DNA from: an uncultured delta proteobacterium
GTDB lineage: Bacteria > Myxococcota_A > Polyangia > Polyangiales > B10-G4
Length of the DNA stretch: 64,000 nucleotides
Assembly (NCBI GenBank): GCA_963727445.1
Contig: CAVSGI010000021.1
Span: forward strand, 352,001-416,000
Direction of reading: 5' to 3'
Positions within the stretch are counted from its first letter, which is position 1, and every line of letters begins with the position of its first letter. A model generated the notes under the pieces. It worked only from the letters and a program-made list of their open reading frames with translations, did no database searches and was not told the origin of the DNA. The position numbers and the translations under genes were made by a program. This document shows positions 12,036-21,718 of this stretch, in pieces.

Positions 12036-14129
12036 TCAGGGCGAGGGCGCAGCGCCGAGGGCCTGGTCGATGGCGTGGCGGAAGTCCTCGATGGGTCGCG
12101 CCCCCTGGATCAGCTCGCCGTTCACGAAGACCGAAGGGGTCCCGATATGAGCGCCCGCCGTCCGGATGGCCTCGATGTCCGCCTCGATCACGTCGTCGTG
12201 GCGGTCCGCGTCGAGCGCCGCTTCGAGCTCGGCGACGTCGATGCCGGCAATGCGGCGCGCGTAGCGCAAGAGGTCCGCGCGGGTGAGGGCCCGCTGATTG
12301 GCGAAGAGCAGATCGTGGTACTGCCAGAACCTGCGCTCTCCGCCCTGGCGAAGCACCTCCAGGGCCGCGCGATGGGCCTCGCGGGCGTACTCGTGGAAGG
12401 GGAGCGGGTAGTTGCGCCACACGATGCGGATGCGCTGTCCGTACTGTCGCTCGAGCGCTTCGAGTGTGGGGACCAGGCGCGCGCAGAAGGGGCACTGGAA
12501 GTCGCTGAAGAGCTGCAGCGTGACCGGGGCGTTTTCGGGACCGCGGCTGGGGGCGTTCGGCGCGGACGGGATCGTGTAGTGGGTCGGCGCGGGCGCGGGC
12601 GCAGGGGTCCCGCCCCCGGGTGCGCCGCCCAGGTAGACGATGGAGCGCGCGCCGTCGGCCACGGTGACGTCGTAGACCCGATCGCGGGGCGTTCCGGAGG
12701 AGACGCGCTGTCGCGCCTTCGCGAGCTCCTGATCGATCACGGTGACGAACTCTTCGACCGGCCGCGCGCCGGAGATGTATCGGCCGTTCACGAAGAAGGC
12801 GGGCGTCCCGCGGATCCCGATGCTCTGCGCAAAGGCCAGGTCGGTGTCGATGACCGATTGATGCGCGCGTCTGCCCATCGCGCGCTTGAAACGCCGAACG
12901 CTCAGCCCCGCCTGCCGCGCATAGCGCTCGAGGTCGCGCCGCTCGAGGCTCTGCTGATTCGCGAAGAGCAGGTCGTGCATGTCCCAGAAGCCCTGATCGC
13001 CTCGCTGGGCGCGGGCCTCGAGGGCCGCTCGGGCGGCGCTTTCGGCGTGGCGGTGAAAGGGCAGGGGGTTGTTCTTGAAGACGATGCGGAGGTCTCGGCC
13101 GTAGCGCCGTTCGAGCTCGGTCAGCGTCGGCTGAACCCGCCCGCAAAAGGGGCATTCGAAGTCGCTGATCTCCACGATCGTGACCAGGGCGTCGTCGGGG
13201 CCGCGCGTCGGAGAGGAGCCGATCGGCACGAAGTGGATCGCGCCGGGATCCGGCTCGGGCCGGCCTCGGTTCCCCGCCCTCGGTCGGGGCGGAGAAGGCC
13301 GTGGCGCTTCGGCGGCGGGCTCCGCGACGGCGACCGCCTGCGCGGACCCGTAGAGCTGGCTCTGCGCCACGCCGCGGGACATCGCTTCGCGCGCGAGGGC
13401 GATCTCTTCGTCGACGATCTCCTCGAAGGCGGGGTAGGGCTGCGCGCCGACCAGCTTGCGACCGTTGATGAAGAAGGTCGGCGTGCCGCGCGCGCCGACG
13501 CGGCGGCCGACGAACTGATCGGCGTCGATGGTGGACTCGTGCGCGCCGGTGTCGAGGGCCCGTGCGAAGCGCGCCGTGTCGAGGCCGATCTCGGCCGCGT
13601 AGCGCTCGAGGCTGGCGCGGTCGAGGCTCTGCTGATTCGCGAAGAGCAGGTCGTGCATTCGCCAGAACCCCTCGTCGCCTGCCTGGTCGTAGGCCTCGAG
13701 GGCGGCGAGGGCGGCGAGGCGCGCGTTCTCGTGGAAGGGGAGCGGCTGGTTGCGGAAGACGAGGCGCACCTCGTCCGGGTACGTCTCCAGGAGGCGCTCG
13801 ACGGTCGGGTTCACCCGGCTGCAGAACGGACACTGGAAGTCGCTGAAGAGGACGATGGTGACCAGGGGCTCGGCGGCGCCGCGCGCCGGTCGACCGTCGA
13901 CGCCCACCCGGAGGCGTTCGGCGTCGGCGCCGGCCAGGTCGCTGTCCACCGGCCAGGCCATCACCGCGTCCGCGGCCTCTTCGGGCGCCGACGACGCGGA
14001 GGCCGCGCTCCCTTCGACGGAGACGCGGGCCGGGGTCAGCGCGGGATCATTGATCCTTCCGGTGGGGCGACCCGAGGGGGCGCCACAGGCGAAGAACGAC
14101 AAAGCGACGGCGAACGAAAGGACTCGCAT
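12036..14129 (-). CDS. Lipoprotein with three DsbA-like thioredoxin domains
   Basis: FFAC lipobox; three SDFxCPFC and three GTP cis-Pro motifs. Confidence 0.9.
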   Translation of the reverse strand: MRVLSFAVALSFFACGAPSGRPTGRINDPALTPARVSVEGSAASASSAPEEAADAVMAWPVDSDLAGADAERLRVGVDGRPARGAAEPLVTIVLFSDFQCPFCSRVNPTVERLLETYPDEVRLVFRNQPLPFHENARLAALAALEAYDQAGDEGFWRMHDLLFANQQSLDRASLERYAAEIGLDTARFARALDTGAHESTIDADQFVGRRVGARGTPTFFINGRKLVGAQPYPAFEEIVDEEIALAREAMSRGVAQSQLYGSAQAVAVAEPAAEAPRPSPPRPRAGNRGRPEPDPGAIHFVPIGSSPTRGPDDALVTIVEISDFECPFCGRVQPTLTELERRYGRDLRIVFKNNPLPFHRHAESAARAALEARAQRGDQGFWDMHDLLFANQQSLERRDLERYARQAGLSVRRFKRAMGRRAHQSVIDTDLAFAQSIGIRGTPAFFVNGRYISGARPVEEFVTVIDQELAKARQRVSSGTPRDRVYDVTVADGARSIVYLGGAPGGGTPAPAPAPTHYTIPSAPNAPSRGPENAPVTLQLFSDFQCPFCARLVPTLEALERQYGQRIRIVWRNYPLPFHEYAREAHRAALEVLRQGGERRFWQYHDLLFANQRALTRADLLRYARRIAGIDVAELEAALDADRHDDVIEADIEAIRTAGAHIGTPSVFVNGELIQGARPIEDFRHAIDQALGAAPSP

Positions 14130-14160
14130 GGGGGGCGTCGCAATGTACTACGATGAAGTC

Positions 14161-15021
14161 GTGAGGGCATGGGGCGGCATGCTCTTCCTTATTGTCGGCA
14201 CGATCGGGTGCACGCAGCGATCCGCGCCCATCGAGCGGCTCTCGAGCTGCGCCTTCGACAGCCCGAGCGGCGAATGTCACCGTCTCCATTCTTCGCTCGC
14301 GCACGCCCACGCATTGGGGGGACAGCATGGCCGCGATTCGCGACGCGGCCCTCCGAGGCTATCCCTACGTCGAAGTGGACGTTGTCATGAGCAGCGACCA
14401 CGCGCTGATCCCGAGCCACTTCGAGGACCTGGACGTGTTCTCCACGTGCGCTGGGCGGGTCGATGATTTCAGCACAGCATCCCTCTCGACCTGTCAGTAC
14501 CTCGACGAGCCCGGCACCAGCCTCACGCCGATAGAGCAGGGCCTCGACGGCGTCACCTTCCGGGGCTTCTTCCTCGACATGAAGTTCACCATCCGAGACA
14601 TCGCCGACGTCGACGTGACCCAGTCCGTCGACGTGGTGACGGCGCTCGACTCTCGGCTCGGCCATCCCAACTGGTTGGTCGCCATGAGCTACGATCCCGA
14701 CGTCGCGCGCGGGCTGATCGACGCTGGCATTCGCACCGGCTACAAGGGCTATCCCGCCCCCGAAGAAGCCCTCGCCTTCGTCGAGGAGGCCGGGGCGATC
14801 GGCGCGGAGATGGCGTGCTTCGAGGCGAGCTCGCTGAGCCCCGAGGTGGCATCGCGCGTGCGCGTGAGCTCGGCGTCTGGTTGATGCCTTGGGAGGGCCG
14901 CGCGAACGTGAACGCTGCGCTGGTGCTCGCGCTGATCGACCAAGGGGTCGGTGGCCTCCTCACCGACATGCCCGACTTCTCGCAGGCCGTCTACGACCTG
15001 CGCTGCCCGAATGACCGCTAG
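14161..15021 (+). CDS. Glycerophosphodiester phosphodiesterase-like lipoprotein, frameshifted
   Basis: TIGC lipobox; YVEVDVVMSSDHALIPSH; C-terminal GVGGLLTDMP; pieces in three ORFs. Confidence 0.65.
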
Positions 15022-15068
15022 TGCCTGGTCCAATGACGTAGAAGGGTTCTCGCTCGTTCGTCGGCCGC
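15018..15068. mobile_element. Truncated MITE copy
   Basis: 51 nt identical to the reverse complement of 22680-22730; its TAG is the GDPD stop codon. Confidence 0.85.
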
Positions 15069-15113
15069 GGGGACGCGTCCCCGAGGGAGCGTGGAGGGGA
15101 CGGAAGTCCCCTC
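15069..15113. repeat. Two REP-like GGGGAC/GTCCCC palindromes
   Basis: GGGGACGCGTCCCC (15069-15082) and GAGGGGAC-GGAA-GTCCCCTC (15094-15113). Confidence 0.6.
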
Positions 15114-15183
15114 ACCAAGACCAAACCTCGTCTCGCTCAGCTCGTTCCGCCCGGAGGCGGTGCAGGACTCACCCAAACAACAC

Positions 15184-15218
15184 AAAAGAAAAGAGCCGGA
15201 CGCTTTCGCGCCCGGCTC
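15184..15218 (-). terminator. Rho-independent terminator of the triple-DsbA gene
   Basis: Minus strand GAGCCGGGCGC-GAAA-GCGTCCGGCTC followed by TTTTCTTTT. Confidence 0.85.
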
Positions 15219-15250
15219 CCCTCACTCTTTCGGGCCGAAGCCCGGTCGCG

Positions 15251-17281
15251 TCACTCGGCGAGCGCGCGGTCGATGGCGGCCTTGAAGGCCTCGAAGGGCT
15301 GGGCGCCCTGCACCAGGCGACCGTTGATGAAGAAGCTCGGCGTTCCGATGCGAGCACCGGCTTCGTTCACCGCGTCCACGTCCTGCTGCACGCGCGCCTG
15401 GTGGCGGCGCGAGTCGAGGGCGGAGCGGAACTGCGCCATGTTGATGCCGCCGACCTGCTCCGCGTACTGCTCGAGGTTCTCGCGCGACAGGGCGCGCTGA
15501 TTCTCGAAGAGCTTGGCGTGGTACTCCCAGAACTTGTCGCTGCCACCCTGACGGAAGACCTCCCACGCGGCTTCGGCCGCGAGGGGGGCGTCGGAGTGGA
15601 AGGGCAGCGGGTAGTTACGCCAGACGATGCGAACGCGGTTGCCGTACTCGCGCTTGATCTGCTCGACGGTGGGGTTCACGCGGGAGCAGAAGGGGCACTG
15701 GAAGTCGCTGAACTCCTGGATGGTGACAGCGGCGTTGCGCGGGCCGATGGTCGGCGCGTCGTTGGGGACGGCGATCTCGTAGACCTGATCGGCCGGAGGC
15801 GCAGAGGGAGCCGCGGCCGGAGCCGCCGCGCCGCCCGCGGGCTGAATGGTCTGCGGGGAGGTCGCGCCGTCGGCGATGGTCTCGGCGTACACGCGCGCGC
15901 GGGGCGTGCCGGCCTCGACCTTGGCGCGCGCCTTGGTGAGCTCCTCGTCGATGACGGCGGTGAACGCCTGCAGGGGCTGGGCGCCGCGGACGTTGCGGCC
16001 GTTGATGAAGAAGCTGGGCGTACCGGTGGCCCCGAGCTGACGCGCGAGGGTCTGGTGCTGCTCGATTTCCGCGTTGTGCTCGTTCGAGTCCAGCGCGGCG
16101 CGGAACTGCGCCATGTTGATGCCGCCGAGCTCCTGCGCCCACTGTTCGAGGTTCTCGCGGGTGAGGAGGCGCTGATTCTCGAAGAGCTTGTTGTGGTAGG
16201 CCCAGAACTTCTCGTTGCCGCCCTGCTCGTAGACCTCGAGGGCCGCGTTGGCCGCGGGACCTGCGTTCTGGTGGAAGGGAAGCGGGTTGTCGAACCACAC
16301 CACGCGCACGTCGTTGCCGTAGCGCTCGACGATCTGGTCGACGGTGGGCTCGACGCGGCCGCAGAAGGGACACTCGAAGTCGGAGACCTGGACGATGGTG
16401 ACCAGCGCGTTGGCCGGGCCCTTGGAGGGCTCGTTGCCGACGGGGACGCGGTAGACCGCGTTGGGGTCTGGCTGGGGCCGCGCCTGCGGCTGCTGGTCGC
16501 CGGCCGCCGGGGCCGCCGCTTCGCTGTCGCGGGCATTCTGCATGAGCGTCGCGTACACGCGGCTCGCAGGGGTGCCCTGCTCCACGATGCCGTTGGCGGT
16601 GGCGATCTCCTCGTCGATGATCTCCTTGAAGCGCTCGAAGGGCTGCGCGCCGGCGATCTTGCGACCGTTGATCACGAAGTGCGGCGTGCCGCGCGCCCCG
16701 ATGCGGGTGGCGATCGCCTGGTCCGCGCTGATCTGCTGCGAGTGCTCGTTGTTGTCGAGCGCAGCACGGAACTGATCCATGTTCAGGCCGACCTCTTGCG
16801 CCCAGCGCTCGAGGTTCGGACGGGTCAGCTCACGCTGGTTCTGGAAGAGCTTGTCGTGGAAGGCCCAGAACTTCTCGTTGCCGCCCTGCTCGAAAGCCTC
16901 CATCGCCGCGTTGGCCGCAGGGCCAGCGTTCTGGTGGAAGGGCAGCGGGTTGTTGCGCCAGACGACCTTCACCTTGCCGTCGTACTCGCGCATGATCTGT
17001 TCGACGGTCGGACCGACCCGGCCGCAGAACGGACACTCGAAGTCGCTGATCTCGACGATCGTGACCAGCGCGTCCTCGGTGCCCTTCCAGGGCTGCTCCT
17101 CCGTGACGGGAACGTTGAAACGCTCCACGCCGTCGTCTGGAGCCGCGCCGAGCGGGCCATCGGCGGCAGAGCCGATCTCCTCGCCGGCTTCTCCACCACC
17201 ACCACTGGAAGTGAGATTGCCGATCAGCAGACCGCCGACGAAGGCGATCAGGATCGAAATGATTGCAGAACCTTTGCTCAT
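15251..17281 (-). CDS. Membrane-anchored protein with three DsbA-like domains
   Basis: N-terminal TM (MSKGSAIISILIAF); three SDFxCPFC and GTP motifs; paralog of 12036-14129. Confidence 0.92.
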   Translation of the reverse strand: MSKGSAIISILIAFVGGLLIGNLTSSGGGGEAGEEIGSAADGPLGAAPDDGVERFNVPVTEEQPWKGTEDALVTIVEISDFECPFCGRVGPTVEQIMREYDGKVKVVWRNNPLPFHQNAGPAANAAMEAFEQGGNEKFWAFHDKLFQNQRELTRPNLERWAQEVGLNMDQFRAALDNNEHSQQISADQAIATRIGARGTPHFVINGRKIAGAQPFERFKEIIDEEIATANGIVEQGTPASRVYATLMQNARDSEAAAPAAGDQQPQARPQPDPNAVYRVPVGNEPSKGPANALVTIVQVSDFECPFCGRVEPTVDQIVERYGNDVRVVWFDNPLPFHQNAGPAANAALEVYEQGGNEKFWAYHNKLFENQRLLTRENLEQWAQELGGINMAQFRAALDSNEHNAEIEQHQTLARQLGATGTPSFFINGRNVRGAQPLQAFTAVIDEELTKARAKVEAGTPRARVYAETIADGATSPQTIQPAGGAAAPAAAPSAPPADQVYEIAVPNDAPTIGPRNAAVTIQEFSDFQCPFCSRVNPTVEQIKREYGNRVRIVWRNYPLPFHSDAPLAAEAAWEVFRQGGSDKFWEYHAKLFENQRALSRENLEQYAEQVGGINMAQFRSALDSRRHQARVQQDVDAVNEAGARIGTPSFFINGRLVQGAQPFEAFKAAIDRALAE

Positions 17282-17337
17282 GGAAACGTACCTCGTACAC
17301 CAGCGCGCCATCGCCCGCGGTGTGACAATGAAAACTG

Positions 17338-17427
17338 CTCGAAAACCAATGTTCGTTTGCTGACTTGGCGCATGGGCGAGCACCCGCGTCACCCGGCGTC
17401 ACCGGGTGAACGAGATGCTTTTTCGAG
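17338..17427 (-). promoter_or_regulatory. Structured intergenic leader between the uORF and the DsbA gene
   Basis: Outer CTCGAAAA/TTTTCGAG pair, TCGTT/AACGA pair, inner TCACCCGG-N5-CCGGGTGA hairpin (17389-17409). Confidence 0.45.
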
Positions 17428-17439
17428 GGCCCTGCGCGT

Positions 17440-17886
17440 TCAGCGTTGCGGCGGCCGCTCGACGCGCGCGCGGACCCCCGGGGGACCCATCCGCGTTTCG
17501 AACGCCAAAGGCGAGCTGCGCACACCGCGCTCGTCGATGTCGGGGGCGATCGGTGCGGCGCTCGCCGGCATCGGATCGGTGAGGGCGGGGGCTTCCGTCG
17601 GCCCCTCGACCGGGAAGCAACGGGGGTCGTCCGGGCTCAGACACCACAGCGTCCCGCCCTCGTCGTCCATTCCGAGCGAGTCGCGGCTCGGGACCTGACG
17701 GAGCCCGAGGCGAATCTCGAGCTCGACGTCGACGCTCTCGTTGCCAAAGGTGGCGATGAGGGGATCCACGACCGAGATGCCGCTCACCTCACCGCGCCCC
17801 ACGGCCGAGAGCATGCACTCGTCGGCGAAGGCCAGCGCGGGAGTCGCCGCCAAAAAGGCGAGGCAGAGGCAGAGGGAACGAGCCAT
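17440..17886 (-). CDS. Secreted Cys-containing protein ending ERPPQR, candidate regulatory uORF
   Basis: Signal peptide (ALAFA), WCLSPDDPRC, Pro-rich linker, C-terminal RVERPPQR*. Confidence 0.65.
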   Translation of the reverse strand: MARSLCLCLAFLAATPALAFADECMLSAVGRGEVSGISVVDPLIATFGNESVDVELEIRLGLRQVPSRDSLGMDDEGGTLWCLSPDDPRCFPVEGPTEAPALTDPMPASAAPIAPDIDERGVRSSPLAFETRMGPPGVRARVERPPQR

Positions 17887-18153
17887 GCGAAGCGGGGCGT
17901 CGGCGGTACGGCTTTCCGGCGTCAGGAGGGCAGTCTACCGTTTGGACCCTCTAGAGCAAGTGGGCATGAGCCGCAACGGAACAATTCGAATTTCCAGCAG
18001 AATCACGGCGCCAGAATTAGTGGCGCCCCCGAAGGGAGCCACCGGCCGAACGCTTGGCGGGAACGGGTGGAGAGGACTGCTCGGCCGGCTCAGTTGCTCG
18101 TCTTCAGGGGCGTCATCTGAGAAACGCTCGCCGAACTCGGGTATTCCTCTGGG

Positions 18154-18648
18154 GTGCCGAAGAAGAAGCTCAGCGCGGGACTCCTGATGGTCCGTCGCCG
18201 CGAAAGCGTTGGGGAAGTGCTCCTGGTTCATCCCGGCGGGCCCTACTTCCGCAACAAGGACATGGGGGCGTGGACCGTGCCCAAGGGCCTGGTCGACGAG
18301 GGGGAGGAGCACCTCGAGGCCGCCAAGCGGGAGTTCGTCGAGGAGACCGGCTTCGCCCTCGAAGCGACGAAGTTCGTCGCGCTGGGCGAGGTGCGCATGA
18401 AGAGCGGAAAACGGATCCAGGCCTGGGCCTTCGCCGGCGACCGCGATCCCGCGACGGTGAAGAGCAACACCTTCGAGGTGGAGTGGCCGCCGCGCTCCGG
18501 GAAGATGCAGAGCTTCCCCGAGGTCGACCGCGCCGCTTTCTTCGGCCGCGCAGAGGCCTTCGACAAGATCATCGAAGCGCAGCGGCCTCTGGTCGATGAG
18601 GCGCTTTCAGACGAGACGCTCGAAGCGCTCTTCGGAGAGGAGCCGTGA
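18154..18648 (+). CDS. NUDIX hydrolase
   Basis: Nudix box PKGLVDEGEEHLEAAKREFVEETG; VHPGGP; FPEVDRA. Confidence 0.92.
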   Translation: MPKKKLSAGLLMVRRRESVGEVLLVHPGGPYFRNKDMGAWTVPKGLVDEGEEHLEAAKREFVEETGFALEATKFVALGEVRMKSGKRIQAWAFAGDRDPATVKSNTFEVEWPPRSGKMQSFPEVDRAAFFGRAEAFDKIIEAQRPLVDEALSDETLEALFGEEP

Positions 18649-19271
18649 GCTACGCCGCACGCGTCACTTCCCTGGCCGCGGCCCTCGAGCAGCCCATCAG
18701 CGCCGAAGCGGCGGAGTCCCTCGCCCGCTTCGCGACGCTCGTCGCCACCTGGAACAAGAAGATGAACCTCACCGCGGCGCGCGAGCCGGGGGCGCTCACC
18801 GAGGTCCTCTTTGCCGACGCCCTGGTCCTCGCCGACCCGGCGCTCGTCCCCGAAGCGGCGAGCGTCCTCGACGTGGGAAGCGGTGCCGGCGCCCCCGCCA
18901 TCCCTCTCGCCCTGCTTCGACCCGACCTGTCGATGATCCTGGTCGAGCCACTCCACAAGCGCGTCGCCTTCATGCGCACCGCCATCGGCACCCTGGGCCT
19001 CGCCGATCGCGTCCAGGTCGTGGAGGGGCGCCTCGACCCTGGCGATCCGCCGCCCGAGGGCAGCCCCTTCGACCTCGCGATGTCGCGCGCCACCCTCGCC
19101 CCACCCGATTGGCTCGCCCTCGGCCTCGGTTACGCGCCGCGCGTGCTGGTGCTCACCGCGGCTGAAGCCCCGCCACGCTCTGACGCCGCCGAGCGCGAGA
19201 CCGAAAAGGTCTACGCGCTCCCTTCGAGTGGCGCGAAGCGGGTCGCGAGCGTCTACCGGCAGGGCGGCTGA
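18645..19271 (+). CDS. rsmG: 16S rRNA m7G527 methyltransferase RsmG/GidB
   Basis: WNKKMNLTA, LDVGSGAGAP, KRVAF, SRA motifs. Confidence 0.88.
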   Translation: MSYAARVTSLAAALEQPISAEAAESLARFATLVATWNKKMNLTAAREPGALTEVLFADALVLADPALVPEAASVLDVGSGAGAPAIPLALLRPDLSMILVEPLHKRVAFMRTAIGTLGLADRVQVVEGRLDPGDPPPEGSPFDLAMSRATLAPPDWLALGLGYAPRVLVLTAAEAPPRSDAAERETEKVYALPSSGAKRVASVYRQGG

Positions 19272-19293
19272 GCGAGCGCGAGGAGACTCCGGC

Positions 19294-19971
19294 TCAGCAG
19301 CCGCCGCTGACGCACATCACGGCCTTGTTGCAGGCCGGGCCCGAGCCGCAGTGGCAGAGGCCGGCGGTGCAGTTGTCGGCCTGGTTGGTGCAGCCCGCGT
19401 TGCAGAGGCCGCAGTTGTTGAAGTCGGTCTGCAGGTCGGCGCAGCCGCTGGCGCAGCACGCCATCCCCGCGGCGCAGGGTGCGTCGCCGGCGCCTTCGGT
19501 GGAGCAGACGCACGCGCCGGCTTCGTTGCAGATGTCCGCGCGTTCTTCCATGCCCATGCAGGCGGCGCAGCACGACGCGATCTCGTCCACGCGCCCGTCG
19601 CAGTCGTCGTCGATGCCGTTACACGTCTCGGGCGCGCCCGGATAGACGGTGTTCAGCCGGTCGTTGCAGTCGCAGTCGGGCGGCGCTTCGCCCGGGCGGC
19701 AGGCGTCGAAGGCGTCACCGTCGGTGTTGCCACAGGCGTCCTCCATGCCGTCGCAGTTCTGGTCCATGTGGTCGCCGCAAATCTCGAAGGTCGGGACGCA
19801 CGCATCGCCCGTGACCATGCTGTCGGTGCCGCCGCCGTCACCGGGAGGGACGCCGGTGTCCATCCCGGTGGAGCTGTCCGTCCGGCCTCCGTCACCACCG
19901 CCGCCGCCGTCGTCTCCGCAGCCCGCGAGAAGAAGGACAGACGCTAGGGCACAAGCAAACGCTCGCATCAT
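19294..19971 (-). CDS. Cys-rich lipoprotein with putative metal-binding (MopE-like) repeats
   Basis: LAGC lipobox; DCND...YPGAPETCNGIDDDCDG; DFNNCGLC repeat. Confidence 0.8.
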   Translation of the reverse strand: MMRAFACALASVLLLAGCGDDGGGGGDGGRTDSSTGMDTGVPPGDGGGTDSMVTGDACVPTFEICGDHMDQNCDGMEDACGNTDGDAFDACRPGEAPPDCDCNDRLNTVYPGAPETCNGIDDDCDGRVDEIASCCAACMGMEERADICNEAGACVCSTEGAGDAPCAAGMACCASGCADLQTDFNNCGLCNAGCTNQADNCTAGLCHCGSGPACNKAVMCVSGGC

Positions 19972-20023
19972 CGATGAGCTCCTGTTTCCTCGGGGCGCTT
20001 CGGCCCCTCGATTCGGATTGTCG

Positions 20024-21718
20024 TCAGTCCCGCCGGCGGCGCCAGAAGAACGAGGTCACGAGGCCCAGGAGCGCCCAGCCCAGCGGCTCCGTGCCGTTCT
20101 GCTGGGAGCCGACCGCGGTCTCGCAGGCGCAGCCCGAGCGACCGCCGGGCCGGCCGGGGCCGACGCCGCCGTCGCCGCCGACAATCGCGTCGCCGCCGGT
20201 GCCGGTGTCAGGGCCCGGTCCGACGCTTCCGTCGGGGCCCGGGCCGGTGCCGCCGTCGGGCATGGTCATCATCGGCCCATCGACGCACTCACCGGTGCGG
20301 CAGGTCTGTCCGGGCGGGCAGACCGCCCCCTCGCACGAGTCGTGACAGGTCCCGGCTTCGCAGTACTGGCCGGCGTCGCAGGTCACGAGATCGCAGCTGG
20401 GGTCGCTGCAGGTACCATCCGCGAGGCAGGTGAAGCCGTCGGGACAGGGGGTGCAGGGGCACGGCGCGCTGCAGGCGCCGTTCTGACACACCTGGCCCTC
20501 GCCGCAGGTGATCACCGCGCAGACGTCCACGCAGCGCCCGGCGACGCACGCCTGGTCGTGGGGGCAGGTGACGCCGTCGCAGCCGTCCACGCAGGTGCCG
20601 CCGGTGCAGCGCTGCCCGGCGGGGCAGGTGACGTCGACACAGGCCGCGTCCACGCAGGCGCCCTCGGCGCTGCACTCGAAGCCCTCGCCGCAGCCTCCCT
20701 CGAAGCAGGGCGGGATGCAGGCGCCCTGGTAGCAGATGTTGGGCGAGTCGCAGAGGCCGTCGCCGTTGTCGACCATTCCGTCGCAGTCGTTGTCGATGCC
20801 GTCGCAGCGCTCCGGGCTCGAGGTGCCGACGCCGACGCACTCGATGCCGCTGGCGATGCACTGGGTGATGCCGATGCCGCAGGCGCCGAGGGCGCCCGTG
20901 TCACACACCTCGCCGGCGTCGGGGCACGCCACCATTCCGCCGCTGACGCTGAAGCGCCACACGCCGGGCTCGCCGACGTTCGACGTGGTGCACATGTCGA
21001 GGATCGCCATGGTGAGCGAGTTCGGCACCGAGACGTAGTTGGTGCCGTCGTGCGCGTCGAAGCCCACCTGCGCGGGCGTCCCGCCGAAGCCGCCGGTTCC
21101 GCTGCTGGCGTCACCGGTCGTCCACTCACACTTGTTGTAGCGGAACTCGACCTCGAAGTTTCCTTCCTCACAGCCGACGGCGTTGGTGAGGATCATCTGG
21201 AAGGACATCTTGCGGTCGTCGTGCTGGTTGAAATAGCCGACGTTGTCCCAGGTGACGATCATCCGTCCCGGCTCGAGGTACCACCAGACGTAGTTCGCCG
21301 AGGGCGCGCCGCCGTTGCGCGTGTCGACGTCACCCCAGTACGGCGCGATCATCGGGTACGCGGTGCCGCCGCTGAGAGGAAAGGCGGACGGTGTGTAGGT
21401 GTAGAGCGTCCCACCGAAGGTGACGTTGCCGTTGTTGTTGACGACGACGTCGTTGAACGGCCCACCGAAGAAATTGAGCCCGGCGGGGAACGCGGAGGTC
21501 AGTGAGATCGTCGAGCTCGATCCATCGTCGTTGGCAGCCAGGACTCCGGTGGGCGAACCGCCGCCGGGGACAGGCAATAGCGGTACGCAGCCCGGCGTTC
21601 CACTTCCGGCGTTGTGCCAGCCCGGTGACGACGACGCGCAGAACTGCGCCTGTGCACTGCTGGTGAGCCACAACGACGCCACACAAAGAAAAGCCGCTGC
21701 CAAGCGATGATTGGCCAT
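20024..21718 (-). CDS. Nidogen-like (NIDO) domain surface protein with Cys-rich repeats and MYXO-CTERM-like tail
   Basis: NDDGSS, VNNNGNVTF, IAPYWGDVDTR; tail SGCAC...hydrophobic...RRRRD. Confidence 0.85.
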   Translation of the reverse strand: MANHRLAAAFLCVASLWLTSSAQAQFCASSSPGWHNAGSGTPGCVPLLPVPGGGSPTGVLAANDDGSSSTISLTSAFPAGLNFFGGPFNDVVVNNNGNVTFGGTLYTYTPSAFPLSGGTAYPMIAPYWGDVDTRNGGAPSANYVWWYLEPGRMIVTWDNVGYFNQHDDRKMSFQMILTNAVGCEEGNFEVEFRYNKCEWTTGDASSGTGGFGGTPAQVGFDAHDGTNYVSVPNSLTMAILDMCTTSNVGEPGVWRFSVSGGMVACPDAGEVCDTGALGACGIGITQCIASGIECVGVGTSSPERCDGIDNDCDGMVDNGDGLCDSPNICYQGACIPPCFEGGCGEGFECSAEGACVDAACVDVTCPAGQRCTGGTCVDGCDGVTCPHDQACVAGRCVDVCAVITCGEGQVCQNGACSAPCPCTPCPDGFTCLADGTCSDPSCDLVTCDAGQYCEAGTCHDSCEGAVCPPGQTCRTGECVDGPMMTMPDGGTGPGPDGSVGPGPDTGTGGDAIVGGDGGVGPGRPGGRSGCACETAVGSQQNGTEPLGWALLGLVTSFFWRRRRD

